Assembly: GCA_028826165.1 (NCBI GenBank)
Contig: JAPDFW010000125.1
Span: forward strand, 186,001 to 250,000
Reading direction: 5' to 3'
Source of the DNA: Anaeramoeba ignava BMAN
Lineage: Eukaryota > Protista > Anaeramoebae
Length of the DNA: 64,000 bases
Positions 34,579 to 46,544 of this stretch are shown in pieces (the first letter of the stretch is position 1; every line of letters begins with the position of its first letter). The notes under the pieces are model-generated. The model searched no databases. It was not told the origin of the DNA and worked only from the letters and a program-made list of their open reading frames with translations. A program made the translations under genes and the position numbers.

Positions 34579-37500
34579 TTATAAAATTCTCTTCCAAATC
34601 AAAACTTGAGATCTCAACTGACTAAAATATTTTTTGTTTTTAGGACGAGAAGCGTAAATAACGAAGAGAACCGCAGCAACCAAAACAGATATACAAGAAG
34701 TAAGAGCCAATTTCGAAAAATCAGAAGGATCTGAAATAATGATTCCAAGAATAAAAACAATAATAGTAGCAAGATCACATAAACCTGCTTGAACACCACT
34801 AATTTTGCCTCTCTCTTTTTCACTAACTGAGAGCTGGATTATTTGGGCTTCACAAATATCGAAAGCCCATAAAGAAACACGAGAAATCAAAACAAAAGTT
34901 AAAAGAATAAAGTGAGACATAGAAAGCATGAAAAATAAAACATAAGCAACAGCAAGAAAACTAATTTCAACCCACAAACTCACAACTCCTGATGAGAGCA
35001 ATCCCATGTGTTTAATCATCCATGGAATTATCAATGTTCCGATGATTCCAAAAATTGCATTTCCTGCTCGAAAAATTCCGATTTCGATGTAATTGATTTT
35101 TTTCCAGACTAAAAATGCAACAAAAAGAACATCGAAATCTAACACTGTGATATATAGAAGTACATAGGCTATGCTTGCAAGGAAAACTGGATGTCTGACA
35201 TAGTCATGAATTCCTTTTTTGAGAACACAAAGAAAGAATTCATTTTCATCAAAAAGAGATTCTTTGTTTTTTTTCTTGTCATTTTGATTTATGATACTTT
35301 GGATGTCATCATTATCATTACTATTGATAATACTAATTTGATCATTATTTTGATCATTTTCATTTTGATTATTTTCATTATTTTCATTTTGATTATTTTG
35401 ATTATTTTCATTTTGATTATTTTCGTTTTTATCATCATTATTATTTTTCTTTTCAAATTCACTTGATAAATTGAAATCTTGAAACTCATCTTCAGTAAAA
35501 GTTTGATCAATCCATCCATCCTCAGAAAAATCACCAATTTGTTCCAATTCCTTCTTCATTTTTGGTTTTTGGAATTCTATTTTTTTAAGATCCACTTTTT
35601 TAGGACCAACTTTTTTTTTAATTTTCAAATCAGGAGTTGAAAAATACATCATTCTAACAAGAATCCATTCAGGAAACAAACTAACAACGTTCCAAATAGC
35701 GATAAACAAAATGGAAGCTTTCATTCCCCATTGATCAAGAACAACGGTAAAGAAAACAGGGCTTGTAACAGCACAAGAAAGCTCTATTCTCCTGATCCAA
35801 GCGTTAGTAAGTGTTAGTTTTTCTTCGTTATTGCCAACAAGCACTAAAACCCAGTCTTTTTCAATAGCAACTTTTAGCATTGAAGATGTTATTCGAGATA
35901 GTGATCCAATAATAACAATTGGAATAGAAAGTCCCCAAAATTTCCCGCTTTTCGGGAGATCTTCTGCCTTTGTTGTCATCTTCAAATCCGCAATTAAATA
36001 TAGAAATATAGAGCAAATTGCAACTCCTAAATTTTGGATCCATAATGCATATGTTGCTATTTTTAATCGGTTTTTTCGATCAATTAATCGTCCAAATGAT
36101 GCTGATAATATAAAAACTGAAAGATGTGTAACTAATTCATAAGCGGATGATGGAAGAAAAGTTGTTTCAAAAATTTCCATTAAGATCATTGGTACTGCAA
36201 AATTCTATGAAGAAATATTAATTTAAAATAAATTGATTTGAATATATTGATTTATATTGATTTAAATATTGATTTAAATATTGATTTAAATATTGATTTA
36301 AATATTGATTTGAATATTGATTTAAATATTGATTTAAATATTGATTTAAATATTGATTTAAATATTGATTTAAATATTGATTTTAAATATTGATTTAAAA
36401 TATTGATTTAAATATTGATTTAAATATTGATTTAAAATATTGATTTAAATATTGATTTTAAATATTGATTTAAATATTGATTTAAATATTGATTTAAATA
36501 TTGATTTAAATATTGATTTATATATTGATTTAAATAAATATTGATTTAAATATTGATTTTTTAAATATTGATTTAAATATTGATTTAAATTTGATTTAAA
36601 AATTTAAATATATTTGATTTAAATATTATTTGATTTGAAAAATATTGATATTTTAAAATATTGATTTAAATATATTGATTAAAAAAATATATTGATTTAA
36701 ATAAAAATATATTGATTTTCAAATATTGATTTTAATTTTATTGATTTAAAAATTTAAATATTGATTTAAATATTGATTTTAAATATTGATTTAAATATTG
36801 ATTTAAAATATTGATTTAAATATTGATTTAAATATATTGATTTAAATATTGATTTTAAATATTAGTTTTAAAATATATTGATTTAAATATTGATTTAAAT
36901 ATTGATTTAAAATATTGATTTAAATATTGATTTAAATATTGATTTTAAATATTGATTTAAATAAATATTGATTTAAATATATTTCATTTTAAATATTGAT
37001 TTAAATATTGATTTATATATTATTTAAATATATTGATTTTAAATATTGATTTAAATATTGATTTAAAATATTGATTTATTTAAAAATTGATTTAAATATT
37101 GATTTGATTTGATTTAAATATTGATTTGAATATTGATTTGAATATTGATTTAAATATTGATTTAAATATTGATTTAAACATTGATTTAAATATTGATTTA
37201 AATATTGATTTAAATATTGGTTTAAATATTGATTTAAATATTGATTTAAATATTAATTTAAATATATTGATTTGAATATTGATTTAAAAATATTGATTTG
37301 AATATTTATTTATATTGATTTAAATATTGATTTAAAAATTGATTTAAAAATTGATTTAATTATTGATTTGAATATTGATTTAAAAATTGATTTAAAAATT
37401 GATTTAAATATTGATTTGATTATTGATTTAAAAATTGATTTAAAAATTGATGATTCCAATATTTGGTTTTTTTTTTGGTGATATCAAGTTTTCTTGTTTT

Positions 37501-37600
37501 TTTTTTGTTTTTGTGCTCTTTAATAAATATAATTTACCCACATCCTATCTCCCCATGCACTAAAAAATTGTTGTGAATAAAGTTTTAATTCCCACTTCAT
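34579..37600 (-). CDS. SLC40A1: Ferroportin (SLC40A1/FPN) family metal exporter; 2 exons
   Basis: Exon 1 37600-37538 plus exon 2 36204-34579 gives LYSQQFFSAWGDRMWNFAVP; also IEKDWV, NAWIRRIEL, LYITVLDFD, SRVSLWAFD, ERGKISGVQ. Confidence 0.9.
36205..37537 (-). repeat. Ferroportin intron (1333 bp) filled with a 12-mer repeat
   Basis: (TTGATTTAAATA)n on + strand, ~36235-37450. Confidence 0.88.
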
Positions 37601-37804
37601 TTTTTAATTTGGTTTTTTATAAATTTAAATTTAAAATTAAGTAAACAATTTAAAAGAAAAATGAAAATCGAATTGAAGTTAAATTTATTATAATTATAAT
37701 AATAATTCTCTTTTTCTTTTTTGATTTTTTTTTTAATGAAATGAAAAAAATGAAAAAATGAAAAAAAATTTTTTTTTTTAATTTTTTAAATAAATAAAAT
37801 CAAT

Positions 37805-39028
37805 TTAAAAATCTTCTAAAATTTCCTTTTTAAGAAAAATCCTTAAATCTAAAATTAAATGAGGTTCTAAAGTAAAAATCCAAAAAGAAAAATCTTTAAT
37901 TGAAACTGGAGATCCACCAAAAATAAAAATCTCATTATTATTTTTAGCAAAACCTAAATGACCAAATCTTTTGGGAGGTTTTGGTTTATCAAGAAAAATT
38001 TGTTGAATATTTTTTTCAATTTGTTTGATCGAATCAAGATTTTTTTGATCTTCTTTTTGATCTTCTTTTTCTTTTTCAATTATTTTTGACTTATTGATTC
38101 TTTGTAAATCTTGAAGGATCATATGATCGTAAATCAATTTATCAAAATTAATCCATTGATTAGTTTCCAAATCCAAAATAAAAGTGTGATTATGATGTCT
38201 CATCAAAGTTGAAGTTCCTCCAAAAATAATAAAATAACGGTCATTATAAATCATTGGAACAGCCCCACTCATTTCAAAAGGGGAGTGTTTATTGTAAAAA
38301 TATACATCCCCAAATTTGGTTAATATTGATTGAGATTTTATAATTTCAATAGTAGGTTGAGTTATTATTTCATTCCAAGTATAATTCATTAAATCCAAAG
38401 AAAATAAATCATTTTGTCTTTTTCGATTATCTCCAAGTCCCCCAAAGATTAGCATTTTGTTATCATGTATAATTGATGTATGTGAAGATCTTCCAATTGG
38501 TTTTGTTCCAAAAGTTTCAATTTCTTCCCATTTTTCAATTGAAGTGTCAAATTTCCATGTATCATTTAATCGTGATTTTGAATTAACACATCCTCCAAAT
38601 AAATATATTTTGCCTTTGTGATACTGCATTGAATGCGAAAATCTTCCTTCTGGTTTCTTTTTAGTTGTTATTTTCCTCCATTTGTTTATTAAAAGATCAA
38701 ATTCATAAAAATCGGAAAAAAATTTTTGTGCATTTCCTCCAAAAATCCAAAACTTTGAATCAAATCCGCACATTGAATGAGATGAACGATGTGGCGGATG
38801 ATCTCCTTTTGTTGCCAAAATTTCCCATTTGCTTGTTATGAAAGAAAAATGATAAATATTATGTGTTCGTAAAGCTTGTTTTTTGGGTTTTCCTCCAAAA
38901 ATATAAAGATCATTTTCAAGACAAACAACTCCTGCTTTGTATAAAACAGGTGGTTTAAAAGAATTTGGATCGAATTTCATTTCTCTCCATCCAGTTGCTG
39001 AAAGAAAAAGAGATAAATTTGGTTCCAT
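37805..39028 (-). CDS. Kelch-repeat beta-propeller protein
   Basis: Repeats with YIFGG, WIFGG, YLFGG, LIFGG, IIFGG and FIFGG, with RSSH/RFSH/RFGH motifs. Confidence 0.9.
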   Translation of the reverse strand: MEPNLSLFLSATGWREMKFDPNSFKPPVLYKAGVVCLENDLYIFGGKPKKQALRTHNIYHFSFITSKWEILATKGDHPPHRSSHSMCGFDSKFWIFGGNAQKFFSDFYEFDLLINKWRKITTKKKPEGRFSHSMQYHKGKIYLFGGCVNSKSRLNDTWKFDTSIEKWEEIETFGTKPIGRSSHTSIIHDNKMLIFGGLGDNRKRQNDLFSLDLMNYTWNEIITQPTIEIIKSQSILTKFGDVYFYNKHSPFEMSGAVPMIYNDRYFIIFGGTSTLMRHHNHTFILDLETNQWINFDKLIYDHMILQDLQRINKSKIIEKEKEDQKEDQKNLDSIKQIEKNIQQIFLDKPKPPKRFGHLGFAKNNNEIFIFGGSPVSIKDFSFWIFTLEPHLILDLRIFLKKEILEDF

Positions 39029-39311
39029 TTAAAAATAATTTGGAAAAAAAAAAATGAAAAAATTTAATTGAAAAATTTTTTCCATTTGTCACAATTTTTC
39101 TTTTTAAATTTATTATTAAATTTATTATTAAAATTTAAAAAGAAATTTTATGATTATTCAGATTATTTTGTTTTGTTTTTTTTTAATTGCAAAAAGAATT
39201 TTTCAAAAAAAAAAAAGAAGAAGTGGTTGAATTTTCTGTTTAAATTTTTCTTTTTGAAATGAATTTAATTAGAAAAATTTTCTTTTTAAATTGTTAAAAT
39301 TTAAATTTTTA

Positions 39312-39756
39312 TTAAATCTTTTTTTTGTTTTGATCTTCAAAAGAAACATCAACATCTTTAACTTTATCTAATAATAATTGAATAATTTTCTCTTTATTTT
39401 TAGTTGAAAGATCAAAAATTTCTTGAATTTTTTCTTGAGTAAATTTTTGATATTTTTCTTCAATTTTAGTTAAAGATCCCAAATGCTAAATCCCATTGTA
39501 AATAAAAAATTGAATAAGGAAAAGATAAAGTTAGAGATTAAGAAAGGAATTTAAAACATATATTTTGAGTTACATCATTTTTGAATTTTTCATATTCTTT
39601 CATTTTTTGTTCACGCATTTGATCAATATCTTTCATTGCTTTTACATCTTCTTCTCGTAAAATTTGAACTTTTTCTCTATTTGCATCTTCTACAATTTTT
39701 GCTGCAAATTGTTCTGCTTGTAGAAGTCTTTGAATATTTGGATCAGATGATTGCAT
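39312..39756 (-). CDS. ATP6V1G: V-type proton ATPase subunit G; 2 exons
   Basis: Exons 39756-39574 and 39485-39312; NIQRLLQAEQFAAKIVEDA, NKEKIIQLLLDKV; 118 aa. Confidence 0.85.
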
Positions 39757-39965
39757 TTTAAATTAAATTAAATTAAAAAAAAAAAATGAAAAATGAAAAA
39801 TGAAAATTAAAAAAATTAAAAAAAAAAATGATTATTAATTATTATTAAAAAATGAATAATTTAAAAAAAAAAAAATTTTAAATAAAAAAAAAATAAATAA
39901 AAATTCATTTTTTTTTTCATTTTTTTTTTCATTTTTTTTTTCATTTTTTTAAAAATTAAAAGATA

Positions 39966-42900
39966 ATGAAAGGGTTAAGAAATTATATTAAGGAATTAAG
40001 AAAATGTTCAACAAAAGAACAAGAAAGACAAAGAGTTATTAAAGAAATGGCACATATTCGACAACAATTTAAGAAAAGTTCAGGATTAAGTGGTTATGAT
40101 AGAAAGAAATATGTTGCTAAATTGATTTATACTTACATGAATGGTTATGAAATTGATTTTGGTTATATTGAAGCTATTGAATTACTTGGTTCTAAAAAAT
40201 ATTCAGAAAAGAGAATTGTAAGTAAAATTAAAATTAAATTGAATTGGAATTAAATTAAATTAAATTAAATTAAATTGGAATTAAATTAAATTAAATTAAA
40301 TTAGAATTAAATTAAATTGGAATTAAATTAAATTAAATTAAATTAAATTAAATTAAATTGGAATTGGGATTAAATTGGAATTAAATTAAATTGGAATTAA
40401 ATTAAATTGGAATTAAATTAAATTGGAATTAAATTAAATTAAATTAAATTAAATTGGAATTAAATTAAATTAAATTAAATTAAATTGGAATTAAATTAAA
40501 TTGGAATTAAATTAAATTGGAATTAAATTAAATTAAATTAAATTAAATTGGAATTAAATTAAATTGGAATTAAATTAAATTAAATTAAATTGGAATTAAA
40601 TTAAATTGGAATTAAATTAAATTGGAATTAAATTAAATTGGAATTAAATTGAATTGGAATTAAATTGGAATTAAATTAAATTAAATTGGAATTTTCTTTG
40701 GATTTTGAGTTTATATTGAATTTATATTTATTTAAATTAAATTAAATTAAATTAAATTGGAATTAAATTAAATTAAATTGAATTGGAATTAAATTGAATT
40801 TATATTTATATTTATTTTTAAATTAAATTAAATTAAATTAAATTAAATTGGAATTAAATTAAATTAAATTAAATTAAATTGGAATTTTCTTTGAATTTTG
40901 AGTTTATATTAAATTTATATTTATTTAAATTAAATTGGAATTAAATTGGAATTAAATTAAATTAAATTAAATTAAATTAAATTGGAATTAAATTGAAATT
41001 AAATTAAATTGGAATTTTCTTTGGATTTTGAGTTTATATTGAATTTATATTTATTTAAATTAAATTGGAATTAAATTGGAATTAAATTGGAATTAAATTG
41101 GAATTAAATTAAATTAAATTAAATTAAATTAAATTAAATTAAATTGGAATTAAATTGAAATTAAATTAAATTTTATTTAAATTAAATTGGAATTAAATTG
41201 AATTGGAATTAAATTAAATTGGAATTAAATTAAATTGGAATTAAATTAAATTAAATTAAATTAAATTGAATTGGAATTAAATTAAATTGGAATTAAATTG
41301 AAATTAAATTAAATTTTATTTGAATTAAATTAAATTAAATTAAATTAAATTAAATTAAATTGGAATTAAATTAAATTTTATTTGAATTAAATTTTATTTG
41401 AATTAAATTAAATTGGAATTAAATTAAATTGGAATTAAATTAAATTGGAATTAAATTAAATTGGAATTAAATTAAATTGGAATTAAATTAAATTAAAATT
41501 AAATTATTTGAATTAAATTGGATTTATATTTATTTAAATTAAATTGGAATTAAATTAAATTGGAATTAAATTGAAATTGAATTAAATTAAAATTAAATTG
41601 GAATTAAATTAAATTAAATTAAAATTAAATTGAATTGGAATTAAATTAAATTGGAATTAAATTAAAATTAAATTAAATTTGAATTAAATTAAATTAAATT
41701 AAATTAAATTAAATTAAATTGGAATTAAATTTTATTGAAATTAAATTATTTGAATTAAATTATTTGAATTAAATTGGATTTATATTTATTTTTATTTTTA
41801 TTTTTATATTATATCTTAAAAGGGTTATCTTGCTGTAGCTATCTTCTTAAATGAAAACTCAGAATTCGTCAAATTAATCATTAACAGTATCGATAAAGAT
41901 CTCAGATCAGATGATGAAAAATTCCAATGCTTAGGATTAACAGCAATAGCGAACATTGGAGGCAAAGAAATGGCAGAAAGTTTAACATCACAAGTACAAA
42001 AACTACTAGTAGCAGTAAATACAAACCGATTTGTAAGAAAAAAAGCAGCATTGTGTTTATTAAGATTATTCCGAAAATACCCTGATTTGATGGTATCAAG
42101 CGAATGGGCAGAGCGCTGCGCAACATTAATGAACGAGCCTGATTTGGGAGTTGTAACCTCTTTATTGTCCTTGTTTCTTTCACTTGTGGCAAAGGATCCC
42201 GACGGATATCTTCCAATTCAAGAAAAAGCAATCAATGCATTAGCAAGAGTTGTTTTGGATCGCGATGTCAGACCTGATTACATCTATCACGACGTCCTCG
42301 CTCCTTGGGTGCAAGTAAAGCTTCTTCGTCTTCTTCAATACTGGCCATCGCCGAAATCAAAATCGGTTTCCAAAAAACTCAATAATGTTCTGAACCATAT
42401 TTTATCGACAGGAAAAGGCGGCAGAGACAGAAACCATATCAACTCAACTCAGGCTATTTTGTTCGAGGCTATTGATCTGGTGATACAATTAGGAAACTCC
42501 AGATCGCTGATGAAAGACTCCACAAAGAAGCTTCTTGAATTTCTTTCTTCAAAGGACTTGAATGTTAGATATTTAACACTCAACTCACTCACACATCTTA
42601 TGATTGTCTCAGAAGACACATCCAACGTCAAGTCTCACCAACAGCAAATCATCAACGCATTGAATGAGAACGACATAAGCATCAAGAAACGTGCGCTTGA
42701 TCTTCTTTATTTCATTTGCGATCATTCAAACTCGCGAGAAATTGTCGGGGAACTTATCAAATTCCTTCAAGTTGCGGATCACGAAATTAAGGATGATTTG
42801 GTGCTGAAAATCGCCATTCTTGCAGAGAGATTCGCCACAGATTTCTCCTGGTATGTCGATGTTATTTTGAAGGTGATCAGATTAGCCGGGGATTCGGTTT

Positions 42901-44949
42901 CAGATGATATTTGGTACAGAGTTGTTCGAATAGTCACGAACAATAAAAGTTTAAGAAATTACGCAGCTCGCACTTTATTCCACACAATGCAATCTCCCAA
43001 ATGCCACGAAAAGGCCATAATGGTCGGCGCCTTTGTTCTCGGGGAATTCGGCGCGGTGATTGCCAAGAAAGAAAACTCGTCTCCTCAAGTCCAGTTCGCA
43101 CTTCTCAAGTCCAAGTTCCATTCATCATCAAGAAAAACAAAATCAATAATTTTGACAGCATTTTTAAAAATGCGAGTAAGACATCAAGAAATCCGCGATA
43201 AAATCGACTCCTTCTTCAAAACACATGTGTCCTCAATAGAGCCAGAGATTCAACAACGAGCAGTTGAATATTCGACATTATCAGTTAATTTCCCGAATTT
43301 ACTTCCAGTTGCTTGTGAACCAATGCCACCTTTTCCTGAAAAGGAAAATGCGTTGTTGAAAAGAATAAAGGAACAACAAGAAGACACAATGGATCCTCGC
43401 GCTTGGTCTTTACAACAGAAATCTACCGAAGAGCAAGAAACAACGTCAAAGCTTGAAACAATTGATAAAGAAAAAGATACTGGAGAAGATGAAAAAGAAA
43501 CCGCAAAACAAAGTAAGCTTATTGATGATGATGAAGATATACCACAGGAGGTTCTTGAGGCAAGAAAAAGAGAAGCTGAGCAAATGAAATCAAACCAAAG
43601 TGGAGGTATTATGGATGATATAATGAGTATTGATAATAATTTAATGAACCAAACAGGGAATTCAGGCTATCAAAAATCATCTCAACAATTGGATCTTATA
43701 ACGGATCCCACAAACATATCTCAAACAGGAAACACAGCAAATAATCAAAACCCTCAAAATGATATTGATGAATTAAGAAATTTAGATATTACTATTGGAA
43801 TGGGTCCTCAAAATAGCCAAAACAACCAAGAAAATTTAATTGGTGATTCTGGAATGCTTCTTACTGATGCTGAAGAGAAAATGACAGAATCCCGTTCAAG
43901 GCTTCTCTTCCTTAGGCTTTGTGTTAATCCTGCTGGTGTTCTTTTTGAGAATGATTTCCTTCAGATCGGTATCAAATCTGAGTATCATGGTCCTGTAGGA
44001 AAGATGATGATTTTCTTTGGAAATAAAACAGATTTTCCATTCACTTCTTTTCATGCTCATATTCCTCCTGTTCCTTTTCTTAAATTTAATGTTGGTGATG
44101 CTCCAAATCTTGTTCGTCCAAAAACTCAAGAGAAAATGTTAATTTCTTTTGAATGTCAAGAAGAGTTTGGTGATCCTCCAACTATGAATATTTCTTTAGC
44201 GTAATTTGAAATTCAATATAAAATTAAAATTAAAATTAATATTAAAATTAAAATTAAAATTAAAATTAAAATTCAATATAAAATTAAAATTAAAATTAAA
44301 ATTAAAATTAAAATTAAAATTAAAATTAAAATTCATTTATAAAATTAAAATTAAAATTCAATATAAAATTAAAATTAATATTAAAATTCAAAATTAAAAT
44401 TAAAATTAAAATTCATTTAAAAATTAAAATTCATTTAAAAATTAATATTAAAATTCAAAATTAAAATTAAAATTAAAATTAAATATAAAATTCAAATTGA
44501 AATTAAAATTAATATAAAAATTAAAAATTTTTAGTTGTGAAGGACTTCAAGATAAAGGCTTCAAAAGTATTTTTGATCTTCCAATTATTCCTAATAAATT
44601 TCTTGAACCTGTTAATATTTCTGCACAAGATTTCTTTGGGAAATGGAGACAAATTAGTGGACCACCACTTGAATCACAAGACGTATTTTCAGCAGTTACT
44701 GTTAATTTAACAAATATCGCATCAATTATATCAGGAATTAAATTAGGGATTTTACCTGCAGTTGATCAAAATCCAAATAATATTGTTATTGCTGGTGTTT
44801 TTTGTTCAAAGAAAAAACAAGTTGGTATTTTAGGAAGAGTTGAAGTTTCTCAAGTTAAAAAAATGATTAAATTAACTTTAAAAACTCCTAGTTCAACAAT
44901 CACTTCTGCTTTAAGAAAAATATTCCTTTCTCAATTACAAGCAAATTAA
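39966..44949 (+). CDS. AP2A: AP-2 adaptor complex alpha subunit; 3 exons
   Basis: Exons 39966-40217, 41823-44200, 44535-44949. MKGLRNYI, KYSEKRIGYL across the junction, VRKKAALCLLRL, APWVQVKLLRLLQ, ear domain GVLFENDFLQIG and DFFGKWRQI. Confidence 0.95.
40218..41822 (+). repeat. AP2A intron 1 (1605 bp) of (AAATT)n interspersed with GGAATT
   Basis: Seen directly. Confidence 0.88.
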
Positions 44950-45186
44950 CAAAATTAAGAAAATAATCAAAAAAAGAGAATAAGAAATTTTTTTTTCCGA
45001 TTTTCATTTTCATTTTCATTTTCATTTTCATTTTCATTTTGATTTTCATTTTCATTTTCATTTTCATTTTCATTTTCATTTTCATTTTCATTTTCATTTT
45101 CATTTTCAAAATTTTAATAAGAGAAATTTAAAGGATTTTAATTTTTAATTTTTAATTTATAATTTTTATTTGAATTATTTGAATAA

Positions 45187-46466
45187 TCATTTCCAAACAC
45201 AAATTGTTCCATCAATAGATGATGATAAAAGACAAGATTTATCAGAATTATAATCTAATCCACAAACAAATCCTTTATGACCTTCAAGTTTATTAACAAC
45301 TTTTGCATCAACAAGATCCCAAATATAAATCAAATTATCTTCAGATCCAGAAACAACAAAAGAATCATTATTTGCAAAACAAGAAGAAAGTTTATAATTT
45401 TGATTTGAATGACCAGAATATTCATTTAATAATTCTCCAGTGTCTTTATTAAACATTCTCAACTTGTTATCTAAACAACTAACCAAAACACAATTTTCAT
45501 CATTTGAAAGTGAAATTGAAGTAATTGATTCATCAACAAAATCTGAAACTAATTTTCCATTTCGAATGTCATAAGTTCTTAAATAACCGTCAACACTTCC
45601 ACATATAATTTCACTACTTGATACATATATACTTGTTACTGAATCCTTGAAATCATCTAATGTTTGAATAGATGCTGTTGATCTTGATCGTAAATCCCAT
45701 ATTTTCACTGTTCGATCAATTGACCCGCTAAAAAAAACATTACTTTCTTTATTTATTGCTAATGTATTGATTTTGTGATCGTGTCCTCGATATTTTCGTA
45801 ATACTTTTCCATGTGTTACATCCCAAAAATATGCATCTTTATCTCCTCCACATGTTATAAAATTTTTGTTATCATTTGTTCTATTTTTTTTTCCGATTTT
45901 AATTTTTATCCGATTTTAATTTTAATTTTGATTTTAATTTTAATTTTAAATTTTATATTAATTTTAATTTTAATTTTAATTTGAATTTTAATTTTAATTT
46001 TAATTTTAATTTAATTTTAATTTTCAATTTTAATTTTAATTTTAATTTTAATTTTCAAAATAAATTTTAATTTTAATTTTAATTTTAATTTCAATTTTAA
46101 TTTTATAAATGAATTTTAATTTTAATTTAATTTTAATTTTCAATTTTAATTTTAATTTTAATTTTAATTTTTATATTGAATTTTTATTTTTACACAACAA
46201 GATCTACAATTTCATATCCATGTCCTAAATATGTTTTTATTAATTTTCCTGTATGTGGATTCCAAAGACGAACTGATCTATCTTGTCCACAAGATAAACA
46301 ATACTTTCCATTATCTTTATAATTTTTATAAATTTTTTTTTGAATTTTTTTTTATTAATTTTTTTAAATAAATTTTTTTTAAATAAATTTTACAATTAAA
46401 TTTTACACAAAGAACAGAACCTTCATGACCAACTAAAGTATGAACTAATTTAGAAGGAAAAGACAT
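45187..46466 (-). CDS. WDR83: WD40 protein WDR83/MORG1; 3 exons
   Basis: Exons 46466-46394, 46314-46194, 45880-45187. GHEGSVLCVKFN, YCLSCGQDRSVRLWNP, GHGYEI, WDLRSRS..IQTLDDFKDSVTS, GSVDGYLRTYDIRNG. Confidence 0.88.
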
Positions 46467-46544
46467 AAAAATAAAAAAATGAAAAAATAAAAAAATGAAA
46501 AAATTTTATTTCAAATTAAAAATTAAAAATTAAAAATTAATTGA

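Noticed and set aside
40218-41822. Interstitial telomeric repeat (TTGGAA-containing array)
   Set aside because: Irregular mixture dominated by AAATT, lying within a GT-AG intron; no canonical telomere unit.
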